Assembly: GCA_964016885.1 (NCBI GenBank)
Contig: OZ024744.1
Coordinates: forward strand, 71,424,001 to 71,488,000
Direction: 5' to 3'
DNA from: Eledone cirrhosa
Lineage: Eukaryota
Length of the DNA: 64,000 nucleotides
The position numbers and the translations under genes are program-made. Shown piece by piece: positions 26,279 through 40,145 of this stretch. The notes under the pieces are model-generated. The model had not been told where the DNA came from. It worked only from the letters and a program-made list of their open reading frames with translations, and searched no databases. Position 1 is the first letter of the stretch. Each line of letters opens with the position of its first letter.

Positions 26279-27361
26279 CAGTTAGATGGACCACAAAACT
26301 AACCAGTTGGTCCTGAGTGGGGGGGGGGGGGATGGCAATAGAAAGGTATATAACATTTGTAACTTAGCAGCGAGGCCAGATATTTTTTGACGTGTTTGTA
26401 TTCGATTATATCGGACCGAGAGTTTGTAAACTGGTATTTTATCTAATGTCTTCAAAGAAAGTAAAATCGACCCAGGTGAAATACGAATGCAGTACTTAAT
26501 TGGAGGGGGAGGGGAGAGGGCAGAGGGGTGCTCAATTTAGTTGTAGCGATTAGTTTAGCTCTTTGTATTCTAAAATAGTCAGAAAACTTTGATATGTGAT
26601 AAATATAACATGTACATAAATTGTAGCGGATATACAAATAGATGTGTGTTTTGGTAGTTTGGGGATATATATATAATTATTGGGGGAAGGGGCGTGCATG
26701 GCACCCCTAGCCCCTAGATCCACCGTTCCTGAAATGGGATGTAGCTAAATGACACAAGTCATAGTACAATGTAAATTATTTCCTCTTTTTCGTTTATTCC
26801 CTATTTTAAATCCTCCTCCTATCAATATTCTTTATAGAGAAAAGCAAAAATAAAATAAAATAATATATAATAAAATAAAAACAAAGAAAACACAAACAAA
26901 GAAAAAAAAAGGAAACAAAACAAATTCGAATAAGCAATCAAATAAAGAAATAAAGAAATACAGAAAAAAATATTTAAAGAACCGACGTAGCATTTACTGT
27001 TCAACACTTCCTTTTCTATCTCCACCATTAAAAGAGCGTTTTTAAATGAACAAACACATACGTGCATGCATACATACATTACACCCCCCACACACACGCG
27101 CGCACACACACACACACATATATAAGAACATACATATATATACATACGTACATATATATATATATATGAAATATATACATACGTACATACATACATATAT
27201 ACATGACATACATACGTACATACATACATATATACATGACATACATACGTACATACATACATCATACATACATACATCATACATATATAACATACATATA
27301 TACAAACATATATATATACATATATAAATACATGATACATACATAACATCATACATACATC

Positions 27362-27959
27362 ATGGTGGCTGCCAACTCGTTTTCGAGTACGGCCACTACT
27401 TTATTTCCATGTAGGGGAACCCCTATCGATGCGCTGAACAAGTGTGACATTTTAGTCCAGCCAGCGACTTGAAACCTCTGGTACAAACACTACACTTGTG
27501 ACAATTTCTGACACATAGTGCTGGGCCCATGGTACCATGTGACGTCAAGTGCAGAGAGATCTCCAGATATAAAGCAATGCCTGTGTCGTGAAGCTTTTAT
27601 AGTGAGCAAAGGCACTGCACAAAGCCAGTCCCACTCTCTTAACCAAGATGATATTTACCAAAAAGAAGAATAAGTCAACATCATTGGATACCATCAGGGT
27701 TGCAGGTACTATATCAGAGTTTTCCTTCTCCTAGAATTCTGCCCTGACAAAGGCTAAGGGGTGATCTCTCCCGGTGATTTTGGATGGCCATTGACTCTTA
27801 AGAGCTCCTTTGCCCTTTGACAGGTCTTGTTTTTAGTCCTGCAGGATGTCCAAAGTCACCCTCCTCACCAAGAAACCTTGGTGGGGTTGCCAGTTTAGTC
27901 GCCAACGACCCGACCATGAGACAGGTTGTACTGGGATACATGTTACCAGTAGCACCAAC
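27362..27959 (-). mobile_element. ~610-bp non-coding RTE-like element, near full length
   Basis: Near-identical to 20228-20824, embedded in (TACA)n. Confidence 0.85.
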
Positions 27960-28242
27960 ATACATATATACACACATACATATATACATACATAATATAT
28001 ATACATACATAAGTACATGCATATATATACATACTTACTTACATACATACATAATATATATATATATATATATACATACATATACAGACACATGCATACA
28101 TACATATTTACATACATCATACACACATACATATGCACATGAATATATACATACTTACATACATCATACATACATACATACATCATACATACATCATGCA
28201 TACATCATACATACATTTATACATCCATACATACATACATAC

Positions 28243-28852
28243 ATGGTGGCTGCCAACTCGTTTTCGAGTACGGCCACTACTTTATATCCATGTAGGAGAA
28301 CCCCTACTGATGCGCTGAACGAGTGTGACTTTTTAGTCCAGCCAGCGACTTGAAAACTCTGGTACAAAGACTACACTTGTGACAATTATTGACACATAGT
28401 GTTGGGCCCATGGTACCATGTGACGACAAGTGCAGAGAGATCTCCAGATATAAAGCAATGCCTGTGCCGTGAAGCTTTTATAGTGAGCAAAGGCACTGCA
28501 CAAAGCCAGTCCCACTCTCTTAACCAAGATGATATTTACCAAAAAGAAGAATAAGTCTACATCATTGGATACCATCAGGGTTGCAGGTGTTATATCAGAG
28601 TTTTCCTTCTCCTAGAATTCTGCCTTGACAAAGGCTAAGGAGTCATCTCTCCCGGTGATTTTGGATGGCCATTGACTCTTAAGAGCTCCTTTGCCCTTTG
28701 ACAGGTTTTGTTTTTAGTCCTGCAGGATGTCCAAAGTCACCCTCCTCACCAAGAAACCTTGGTGGGGTTGCCAGTTTAGTCGCCAACGACCCGACCATGA
28801 GACAGGTTGTACTGGGATACATGTTACCAGTAGCACCAACTGGTGACCTGAC
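28243..28852 (-). mobile_element. ~610-bp non-coding RTE-like element, full length
   Basis: Same 5' end (GTCAGGTCACC on minus) as the copies ending at 20824 and 33714. (TACA)n on both sides. Confidence 0.88.
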
Positions 28853-29113
28853 ATACATACATACATACATACATACATACATACATACATACATACATAC
28901 ATACATACATACATACATACATACATACATACATACATACATGTATACATAACATATATACAAACACACTTAAATACATACATTTATCATGCATACATAT
29001 ACAGATACATACATATATACATACATATACAGACACATACATACGTTTGTGAAATTATAAAACCAGAAGAACATACATACATATACAAACACATACATAC
29101 ATATAAAGACATA

Positions 29114-29145
<32 letters not shown>

Positions 29146-29649
29146 AAGACATACATATATACACACATATAAAGACATATACATACATATATACTTACAT
29201 ATAAAGACATATACATACATACATACATATACATACTTACATATAAAGATATATACATACACAGACACTTACATACATACATGTACAGACACATACATAC
29301 ATATATACATACATACTTACATATAAAGACATACATATATACATACATATACATATATACATATATATACATATATACATACATATACATATATACATAC
29401 ATATATATGTCATAATTTAGCGTATAATATGTATGAAACGTGTCTGAATCTATTCCTCCAGGACTACTGTGATATCAACAAACTCAATTTAGCTGAACAA
29501 GCAGCTGGGTAGAAATGACTTTTGGTCTGTTCTTAACTAATAATTCTAATCAACAAAACTATGATGTCAGATGTAAAACAGCGTAGAAAGAATTTGCTTA
29601 CAGTTTCACTTGATTGCAAGTAAGCGTTCAATTCTGTTGGCTACAGTGT

Positions 29650-30025
29650 CTTCCTTACCGAGGATTGTTCGACTGTTTCTTCTTTCCACCGGTTGCAGTT
29701 GAGACCTCAGGCATACTTGGACCTCCTACTGCCGAGCTCCTCCGGAAGATCGGAACGTCGGCGAACCGTCTCAGGAAGGAACCCCGCGAGGTGGGATGGC
29801 TGTTGCAGCGGGTGTCACTGGCCATTATTCGCAGGAATGCTTTTGTGGTCCTGTCAGTGGAGCGCAGCCCCATTACAGCCACACCCTAGACCCAGAACCC
29901 AGAGCCCATCGCCTTCCACCTCCCCCCTTCTCCCCATTCTTCTTTGACACTAGAGCGCTTGCCTTTCCCTTCCTTTTCGGTTTAAAAAAAACTATTTTCT
30001 TATTTTACATTCCTTTCTTGGTAAA
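29650..30025 (+). mobile_element. CRE-like LINE 3' end with UTR
   Basis: PVAVETSGILG..WLLQRVSLAIIRRNA. The 3' UTR is shared with 37880-38015. Confidence 0.7.
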
Positions 30026-30111
30026 TTGTGAGAGAGAGAGAGAAAGAAAGAGCGAGAGAGAGAGAGAGAGAGGGATAGGGAGAGAGAGAGAGAGGGAGAG
30101 AGAGGGAGAGA

Positions 30112-30173
<62 letters not shown>

Positions 30174-30373
30174 ATAATCGAAATCTCAATCAGATTGGCG
30201 TCTTACTGGATCATCGATTTTAAATAGTAATGATTTTAATGTCTTTGATAAGATAAAGTATCACAGGGGTATATTTCAAAAAGGCAGTCTCTCTGTCAGG
30301 CTGTTTATAATTGCAGCGAACTTTTTTTTACCTTTCTTTGTTAAAATCTACAAGAAATGTCATTGACTTACAG

Positions 30374-30915
30374 TAGAAGTTCTCAAAGTGGGCGCTACCG
30401 CACCCCCGGAGGGGCGTTGAGAAGTCCAGGATGGCGGTAGAGATGATATATATATAATATCAAATGATACATATATACAAATATAGTAAAATAAAAAGTA
30501 TGTGATATTTATTTATACGTAGTATATGTTATATTATTTATTATATATACATTAATAGAGCGGTGGATTGGCGTTATTGGTAGAGGGTCGGACACTATGC
30601 TTTGCAGCATAGAGTTATAGCTCTTTACCGTCTGAGTCCAAATTCCACTGAGGTTAACTTTGCCTTTCATCCTTACGGGGTCGATAAAATAAAGCACCAG
30701 TAACGTACTGGGGTCGATGTAATCGACTTTCCTCTCGCCTAAAATTACTGGCCTTGTGCCTATACTAGAAATCATTATTTATAAATTAATGATTTTATTT
30801 ACTATGTATTATTTACCTGCGTGTAGGAAGGTCTCTCTGGAAATAGGGGTGAGGGCGCTGAGGGTATTACGTGGCCGTTAGTGGGGCGGTGGCACAAAAA
30901 GTTAGAGAACCATTG
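30374..30915. mobile_element. hAT (Charlie-like) MITE interrupted by a SINE
   Basis: Degenerate TIRs AGTTCTCAAAG / AGTTAGAGAACCATTG with GC-rich subterminal GGGGCG motifs. No clear TSD. Confidence 0.5.
30558..30778 (+). mobile_element. tRNA-derived SINE
   Basis: Full head, body and short ATT tail as at 5197. Confidence 0.82.
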
Positions 30916-31374
30916 TACTTTCGGGAAGACCAAAACATCAAACTTGACAAAGGCATTTTTATAGACGATCTGAAGTTATACAAACCACATGAACAACAAC
31001 ATTGACATGGATACGACATTTTTAGATGTTTGGTCGAGATAACTGTTTCAGCTTTATTGTAAAGTGAGTGAAAACTGGTTGCTTATATACTATTTCTACA
31101 ATATCCTAGGAGAAAAAAAAACTTCATTTATGTAGAAATGGAGAAAATAAATGCTAATATTACACTTGTAACAAAGAACATATAGCCAGGGAATATATTA
31201 CACCTTGGAGTTGTCTGCTTACAATAAATCATCTTGGTGTAAAAGTACAAATGTTTTTGTTCTTATTGATTTGGTTTGAAGAAAGAGGCTGTGGTTGCGG
31301 CGTTTGCAGGTCATCATTCGAAACCAAAGTGATTCATGCGGTTAATGTTCATCGTACCAACCTTTGGTCTACAT

Positions 31375-31559
31375 CAAGGTTTCCCAAACTTTTTCAAACG
31401 CAGAACCCTTTTTGGTTCAGAAACTTTTGAGGGAACCCCAAAGTCTAATACTGTTATATGGTCGTAATATTAATATACTCCCCTACCCCTTTTCACGGAT
31501 CCCCAGGCACTCATTTGCGGAACCCTTGGCTTCCGCGGAACCCACTTTGGGAACCACTG
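31375..31559. mobile_element. hAT (Charlie/Buster-like) MITE
   Basis: TIRs CAAGGTTTCCCAAA / TTTGGGAACCACTG. Imperfect 8-bp TSD GTCTACAT / GTTTACAC. Internal GGAACCC repeats. Confidence 0.7.
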
Positions 31560-32166
31560 GTTTACACGAATGAACACTAGAGGAGATCCAGATTACTGGA
31601 AACCTCTAACACCAGAAGTGTTCATAACAGAGAGGTCAACTGCCTTTATATAAAACGAACAGAAAAAAAAGAAGGTAGATTTTTACCATTGAACCAAACA
31701 ATGTCGAATTATGTCGTATCATATCCTTTCAATAACATCTACTAACCATAAAGTGCCATAGCACATCCATGGAACAATTGAGCACTTTCTGGCAGGAGTT
31801 GCGATCGGTAGATTGTATCAGCAATGGAAATACCAATGGAGACATTATTTCCTTGGTCCGATTTCATGAGTTCCATACCACTCGGTAAACAAATTAGATC
31901 TGGGATCTTATAGATCCATAACATGTTGAGGTTTTCTCATTTTTACCACGACTCACCATGATCTGTCATAAATAATTTCGTAAAATATTTTTTTCTGGTC
32001 AATATAAATAACAACTAATGTTTCATCATGCTCTTTAGATTTATGAATAATGTTTGGTGGGCTTAGCGAGCCAATGTTAAAAACACGGTTTTAAAAATAG
32101 TCCAGTGATACTCGTCTTCGGACATGAATATGTATATATATATATATTCATGTCCGAGGGCGATTA

Positions 32167-32349
<183 letters not shown>

Positions 32350-33570
32350 CACACATACACACACACATGTATGTATATATATATATATAATGTATGTATA
32401 TATATATATAATGTATATAATGTACACATATACATGATCGCTTTTACAATTTAGGGAAATGGTTAGAATTGGGCAAACAATCCTTGGGTAACGTTTTTGT
32501 TCTGTGTATGAACGTAAATAATATAATATAATATGATATAATATAATATATATATATAACATAATATATATATGTATATATATAAAACATAATATATATA
32601 TATATATATGTTTATACACACACACATATATATATATATACATACATATGCTTTACGACATGAAACCAGAACTAGACATTGGCATGCAATGGGTTGGATA
32701 AGGGAATCTGGTCTGTATGTGACATTTCATTATTTACTTTTAATATCAAATATACGCTTCAATATGATTTATTTATACGTGAGAGGAAACCTCTTACACC
32801 GTAAGAATATATGCCATGATTTTTTTATGTTTTACCAAATTGACAGCAAAAAGCAACAACAGAAAAAAACGCAAAAAAAAACAAAAAACAAAAACAAAAC
32901 AAATAACAATAATCTAAATAAACTATAGAAAAAAAAACGAAATAAAAACAACGGGGAGTTTATTTCGTAATTATAGAAAATAAAGAACATTGTAAAAATG
33001 AGTTTGAAAAAGAAATCCGAAACGAAAAAAAACAAAAAAACCCAACAAAACAACAACAACAACAACAATAACAACAAAAACAACAGCAACAACAAAAACA
33101 ACAAAAAACAAACAAACAAAAAAACCCAGAAAAATGTCAAATGAAAATATATGTAATGAAAACGTTAAAAGAATTATTGAATTTTATATTGAATAAATAA
33201 ATTTATTATTAGATTAATAATGAAAATATTATTGTTAGTATGATGAAAACATTGCGTTGTCAGTATGATAGCATTAAACGAGAGCAGAATGTCGAGTCCG
33301 ACTGCAAATTGATATGTTTTGTTGACAAATTTAAAGTATAACCTCGAGAAAACAAAAAAAAAAAAACGAAAAGAAACAAACAGTACACTGTCATTTCACT
33401 CCTATAATGTTTATCAGAAGTCTACAGAGAGAAGATTGTATGCATACAAGCATGTATGTATGTATGTATGTATGTATGTATGTATGTATGTATGTATGTA
33501 TGTATGTATGTATGTATGTATGTATGTATGTATGTATGTATGTATGTATGTATGTATGTATGTATGTTTG

Positions 33571-34169
33571 TGTTTTTAGTCCTGCAGGATGTCCAAAGTG
33601 ACCCTCCTCACCAAGAAACCTTGGTGGGGTTGCCAGTTTAGTCGCCAACGACCCGACCATGAGACAGGTTGTACTGGGATACATGTTACCAGTAGCACCA
33701 ACTGGTGACCTGACATACATACAAAGCTCTTAAGAGTCAATGGCAATCCAAAATCACCGGGCGAGATGACCCCTTAGCCTTTGTCAAGGCAGAATTCTAG
33801 GAGAAGGAAAACTCTGATATAACACCTGCAACCCTGATGGTATCCAATGATGTTGACTTGTTCTTCTTTTTGGTAAATATCATCTTGGTTAAGAGAGTGG
33901 GACTGGCTTTGTGCAGTGCCTTTGCTCATTATAAAAGCTTCACGACACAGGCATCGCTTTATATCTGGTGATCTCTCTGCACTTGTCGTCACATGGTACC
34001 ATGGGCCCAGCACTATGTGTCAATAATTGTCACAAGTGTAGTGTTTGTACCAGAGTTTTCAAGTCGCTGGCTGGACTAAAAAGTCACACTCGTTCAGCGC
34101 ATCGGTAGGGGTTCTCCTACATGGATATAAAGTAGTGGCCGTACTCGAAAACGAGTTGGCAGCCACCAT
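33571..34169 (+). mobile_element. ~610-bp RTE-like element with inverted 5' segment
   Basis: 33571-33714 is the element's 5' ~145 nt in antisense. 33725-34169 is the remainder in sense. Flanks are (TATG)n. Confidence 0.85.
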
Positions 34170-34182
34170 GTATGTTCGTATG

Positions 34183-34640
34183 TTCTCTCTTTCTCATAAT
34201 TTTGAGTTTATTTTTGACCGGCTACCTTCCCGGTGGCAAAATTGTAAAGAATAGGAAATTGTTGGCGTTTCTTGTGTAAACGTTCATCCTTTGATTCGTA
34301 AAGAATGTTTTACAGATTTTGAAGGTTCCAGATATCATGGCCATTTGTAGCTTATTAATTAAGGAGCGACATTCTTTCTTAACAAATCCAACTTCAGTTA
34401 TACTTTGGTCCAGTGGGTTGGTGCATAAGCTGTAGCTCAAATAATGACGGGTATGAAGCTGAACGTATATCTTGGATATTGGATCTGAAAATTCCTCATC
34501 AATGGTCTGTAGGTATCCTCTTTTTCTTGCATATTTAATACCTCATTGACATTAAGTGGGCAGCTCACGTTTACAACAGAGCATGATTTTAATATACGGT
34601 CCAAAACAACAATATCAGATCGGTTGTGCTTTAATTTCGT
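34183..34640 (-). mobile_element. RLE-type LINE 3' fragment
   Basis: DIVVLD..SCP..KEDTYRPL..FSFIPVII..INKLQMAMISGTFKICKTF. Ends in GAGAA followed by CATAC units. Confidence 0.6.
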
Positions 34641-34744
34641 AGTGGTTTTTATTTTTAGCCTGAAAAGAAAAAGTCCATGTGGGTGGTGGAAGTTTATGCA
34701 CCAAACAAATCCGAATACAGATTCTTCTTTGATGAAGTCCCTGC

Positions 34745-35372
34745 AACATTAGATGTAGTTAAGACTGAGTCTGTTATCCTGATATGAGACTTCAATGCAC
34801 ATGTTGGCATTGACCAGCTGATATAAAAAAGAGTGATTGGAAGTAACAGCGATCCCGATCTAAATATGAATAGAGAGACCTTTTTAGACTTCTGTTCTAG
34901 CAATGGACTCTCTATTATGAACACCTTCCAGAACAGACATTTGTACTCAGGGTTTAAGGGGAATGAGGGACATAAATCAGTAATTGATTTGTTATTGTTT
35001 CTGATCTCTTCGATTGTGCTGGATGTTCTTGATAAGTGAGTGGCTGAGCTGTAAATTGATCACCATCTAGTTATTTGCAACTTGAGAGTACCTAAAGCCA
35101 AAGAAGCTGTTAAAACTGGCAGATTTAGCTTGAGCTACAGAATAAAGTGGGAATCGTTGGTGGATAAGGCAGTCAGGATAAGATATGCAGATATACTACT
35201 GTATCCAAATTCAAAGAAATCCCTAAGCAAACTGAAGACGTTGAAACGGAGTGGGGACTGTTCAGCTTGGCAGTTTCTGCTCCAGCTGCGGGCGAGAGCA
35301 GATTGGTGCGGCACCAGGTTGCAGGAGGGGGCCTTGGTTCTACAGGAGGTTAAAGATACTATCCCATCTTAG
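34745..35372 (+). pseudogene. Decayed APE endonuclease fragment of an RTE-like LINE
   Basis: DFNAHVG, FLDFCSSNGLSIMNTF, KSVID, DHHLV. Confidence 0.7.
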
Positions 35373-35623
35373 ATGTAGTGGCAGATTAGGATGAAATAAA
35401 CATTTGGTTAAATGAATTAATAATTATGTTTCTTTTCTTCACTCTATCCCGGTCTCTATCTTCCACATTCTCTCTCTCCTTGCTTTCAGAGTTCAAATTG
35501 CATTTAAAAAGGGTCAACATCCTAATTCAGGAAAATCCAGACAAAATACTCCAGTTTCCTATTTTACTTTACCACTTTAAATTGTAAACGGACTTGTAAA
35601 GATTAGCTAGCAACAGCAGCATC

Positions 35624-36180
35624 AAAGAAGAAGAAGAAAAAGAAAAAGAAAAAGAAAAAGAAAAAGAAAAAGAAAAAAAGAAGAAAAAGAAGAAGAAAAA
35701 GAAGAAGAAAAAGAAGAAAAAGAAGAAGAAAAAGAAGAAAAAGAAGAAAAAGAAGAAAAAGAAGAAAAAGAAGAAAAAGAAGAAAAAGAAGAAAGAAGAA
35801 GAAAAAGAGGATTTAACACTTATGTACACGATGCCTAATTTTGCCTAATTAGTGTGTAGACAGATTTCAGATATCCAATCATTCTTCTTCTTCTTCTTCT
35901 TCTTCTTCTTCTTCTTCTTCTTCTTCTTCTTCTTCTTCTTCTTCTTCTTCTTCTTCTTCTTCTTCTTCTTCTTCTTCTTCTTCTTCTTCTTCTTCTTCTT
36001 CTTCTCTCCTCCTCCTCCTCCTCCCCCCCCTCCTCCTCCTCCTCCTCCTCCTCCTCCTCCCTCCTCCTCCTCCTCCTCCTCCTCCTCCTCCTCCTCCTCC
36101 TCCTCCTCCTCCTCCTCCTCCTCCTCCTCCTCCTCCTCCTCCTCCTCCTCCTCCTCCTCCTCCTCCTCCTCCTCCCCCTC
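35624..36180. repeat. Compound (GAA/GAAAAA)n, (TTC)n, (TCC)n microsatellites
   Basis: Directly visible. Confidence 0.95.
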
Positions 36181-36388
36181 TCTTCATCGTGAAGGAATGC
36201 TCCAGATTCTAAAAACATGATATTCCAGAAAAGCATGTGAAAGCAATTGGGCTAATGTATGAGAACTGAAGAGTGACAGTTATAACTTAACTAGCTGGCC
36301 CGTCCGGCTGGCGCCCGGTTAGGTATACCTGCCCCCACCACTCCACTGCAAAGATACCACACACCCTCCTGTGTCACATTGTCCTTCC

Positions 36389-36450
<62 letters not shown>

Positions 36451-36605
36451 AGCTAACACTTTAATTGTATCTCTCTCTGTCTAACGGCCTATCTCTCTCT
36501 TTTTCTCTCCTTCTGTTTTTCTGTCTCTCTCTGTAGGTGTGTGTGTGTAGTTTTCCTAATCTTTCTATCTCTCTCTCTATTCCTCTCTCTCCCTCTCTCT
36601 CTCTC

Positions 36606-36690
<85 letters not shown>

Positions 36691-36837
36691 AACACAAACT
36701 TACACATAACATAGACACTCACATAAACATAAACATTCTCTGACCCATATCGGAGAAATATATCCCGGAGACACAGGTACCTTCTTATCTCGAAGTGCAG
36801 ATGATGAGGACGACCGCGCCGCAAAGAATGCACCTTA

Positions 36838-36922
<85 letters not shown>

Positions 36923-36954
36923 GAGAGTCTGGTAGGGAAGGGGGTAAACTTGCG

Positions 36955-37608
36955 TTAATCTTGACCAGGTCCATTCACGACAACCTCCACGTCGTGCGAT
37001 AAATCATAGAGAAGAGTAGAAAGTAAACCTGGCTTCGGCGGGTTTCTCATCAATTTAGAACACTCGAAAGCTTTCGTTAGGGTCAACGATCGATACCTGG
37101 AGGTTGTTCTCAGTGCAGACGATTTCGGTTCCGTCTTCAGAGGCTGGATCGCAGCAATGCACACCGGCATCAGTTTGGTGGTGTCAGACAATTTTCTTTT
37201 CGGCCAAGCACGCATCACTTTTTTCAAGTTCTGCTTGGAAAGAAAGGCGAGCGTGGAGAATTGTCCCCCGCTCCAGTACATTTGTTAAAATGTAGGTGAA
37301 TGTAGTGAGGATGGCCCGAATGAATAGGCCTGTAGTGAGCATGCGTCTGTAGGCTGGAGAGTTCAGAGAGGAGAAGGGCACTTTTCTATAGTGCTCTTGG
37401 GAGGTTTCGGATCTGTGGGGTTCCCAAACAAACTACCTCTGGATAATACTCTTCCTCACTGGGGAATTTTGTTGTTATATATTTATAGTTAATTCTTACC
37501 TGTTTTCCTTTTTTACACGTTTTATGTTCACCCCACTGACCCCACTGACCCCACTGACCCTGTTCATGTAATGTTCTTTATGTTTTGGCCCCGGCCAATA
37601 AAGAAATA
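36955..37608 (+). mobile_element. Heavily deleted Tx1-like LINE fragment
   Basis: Patches match ORF2 (IHDNLH, KAF.RV, FRGWIAAM, C-terminus). The 3' UTR ends GGCCAATAAAGAAAT. Confidence 0.7.
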
Positions 37609-37614
37609 GTTGCC

Positions 37615-38015
37615 TCGGCCATAAACCCCAGTACCGAGGTCCGCTGTGTAGAGGAAAGGAAGACCAACAAAAAACCGGTGATTATCCGGTCGCTTCCTCT
37701 TCACACAGGTCACCGTCGAGACTTCAGGAGTACTTGGGCCCCGCACTGCCGAGCTTCTCCACAAGATCGGAACGTCTGAAGCCCGTCTGAGGAAGGAGCC
37801 ACGCGAGGTGGGGTGACTGTTGCTGCCATTGTTCGCGAGAATGCTTTTGATAACCTGTCCGCAGGGCGCAGCCCCATTACCGCGGTGCCTTAGGCCCAGA
37901 GCCCAATCACCCTCCCTCTTCCCCTACCAATTCTTCTGTGACACTAGGCCTTTGCCTTTCCCTTCCTTATCCGTTTTAAAAAAAAAATATTTTCTTGTTT
38001 TACATTCCATTCTTT
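37615..38015 (+). mobile_element. CRE-like LINE 3' end
   Basis: VTVETSGVLGPRTAELLHKIGTS. Homologous to 29650-30025. Confidence 0.68.
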
Positions 38016-38447
38016 CTTCTCAATCTGTTTTTTCTTTTTCTATTAAAGTATATTTATATCATGTATTAATTTAATTGTGAATAAGGAAATTATTAATAAT
38101 TTTATTACTGTCAAAACACTGATGACTATTTCTAAATATTAAATGCTGTCACATGACTGTCTTTCACAATAAGTTGGTTGCTCCTTCTCCGGTGTCTTAA
38201 TTTGACTGTCATAACAAAAAAACTAATAGAGTAAAATAAAATTTCTTTTCACTATCAGGACTTTGCAAATGAGAGGCGTCAACTGTGACATACAACCAAA
38301 GGAAATGTATTAATTTATATATATACTGTTTTATTCATGTTTTCCGCTGTTGATTTCCTTTCCCTTCGGGCAAATAATAAAACAGTAATAATAAAAATAA
38401 TGATAAAAAATAATAGTACACACACACACAAACACACGTATATACAC

Positions 38448-38515
<68 letters not shown>

Positions 38516-38642
38516 TTAGGGTAAATATTGATGCAATTCAATTCAAGCACTCAACGTACTTTTTCCACATAGGAGTGACGGAGTAAATATCGAATAAGGA
38601 AAAGCGAAGTAGTTTCAGATGTTCAAGTCTTTTAATAATAAT

Positions 38643-38779
38643 TGTTTCTACTTTAGGCACAAGGCCAGCAATTACCCAGTACATTACTGGTACTTTATTT
38701 TATCGACCCCGTAAGGATGAAAGGCAAAGTTAACCTCGGCGGGATTTGAACTCAGACTGTAAAGGGACGTAACTATGCT
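38643..38779 (-). mobile_element. tRNA-derived SINE, 5'-truncated
   Basis: Reverse complement of the 5245-5385 body. Confidence 0.8.
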
Positions 38780-38854
38780 ACGTTATGTTTCCGAGGCAAT
38801 CCAAGTCGATTCAATTTGGATTGCCTCGGAAACATAACCTTATTATGTAACAAT

Positions 38855-38926
38855 CTGTCTGACGATGTCGCGACACTCGCACTTAGTACAGTGTGGCCAG
38901 TGTCGTCATTGAAATATATATCACAG
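38855..38926 (+). ncRNA. Type I hammerhead ribozyme
   Basis: Stem I CTGT/ACAG; core CTGACGA..GAAA; long stem II (GCGACACT/AGTGTCGT) whose first pair is a U-U mismatch; palindromic stem III ATATATAT; AUC site. Confidence 0.65.
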
Positions 38927-39226
38927 CATTATTATTAAAAGACTTGAACATCTGAAACTACTTCGCTTTTCCTTATTCTCTCTCTCTATATATATAAATA
39001 AATAAATACATTATCGGAGGAAGCTTTTAGCGATACTCCGGCCAAATCACAACTCACTCAGCAAACATTAGGAAATAAGTGAGTATATTCCTAATTAAAC
39101 GTTCGGGGTGCTGACTAATTGTATTGTGTGGAAAATTGGCTGTATTATTTCATATGAGATATATCAAATTATATATATGACTGAATCTTAACCATCTACT
39201 ATGTCAGGGTATGTCATGCATCATCT

Positions 39227-39293
39227 TATTTTATCTGATGAGGACGTACTGTTGAACTTAACTCAGTACCTCTGAAATATGTATAATAAAATA
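39227..39293 (+). ncRNA. Type I hammerhead ribozyme
   Basis: Stem I TATTTTAT/ATAAAATA; CTGATGA; stem II GGA-C-GTACTG/CAGTAC-C-TCT; GAAA; stem III ATATGTAT; AUA site after 39285. Confidence 0.8.
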
Positions 39294-39434
39294 TAATTGA
39301 TCACAAGAATATCTATTTTGTTAATATTTTGAATTAATATTAATAACTCTTGAAAACATTTAACTGTTGAGTGCTTCCGATCTATTGTAAAACTCATTCT
39401 TTGATGAATTCATTGAACCTTGTTTAACTTTTAA

Positions 39435-39596
<162 letters not shown>

Positions 39597-39641
39597 TTAA
39601 AAGTTAAACAGGGTTCAATGAATTCATCAAAGAATGAGTTT

Positions 39642-39718
<77 letters not shown>

Positions 39719-40105
39719 CAATTAAGTTAAAAATGTACATCCATATATGTATACTGAAATACTAGTATGCATGTGAATACACACACGTATACATATGTAG
39801 ATGTACCAAGTCAATGTTCCTTGTCTGGCTTTCTGGAGAATAGAGGAAAGGTGTTTCCTCAAAAACCAGTATGACTCTAAAAACCGGTTTGTCTGTGTGT
39901 TTACATACAGAATAGCTGGATACTCACGGTAAAGTAACCAGTGAAAGACTTGGTACATCTACATATGTATACGTGTGTGTATTCACATGCATACTAGTAT
40001 TTCAGTATACATATATGGATGTACATTTTTAACTTAATTGTTTAAGCGTCAGTCATACAAAAGTGAGTTACAAACGAAACGAAATTTAATTTCGTTTCGT
40101 TATTT

Positions 40106-40145
<40 letters not shown>

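Noticed and set aside
18332-28969. Repeated ~80-aa ORFs (MVSNDVDLFF.., MLGPWYHV..) as a small gene family
   Set aside because: They recur only because the repeat is young. They overlap on both strands, have no motif and are broken by stops in some copies.
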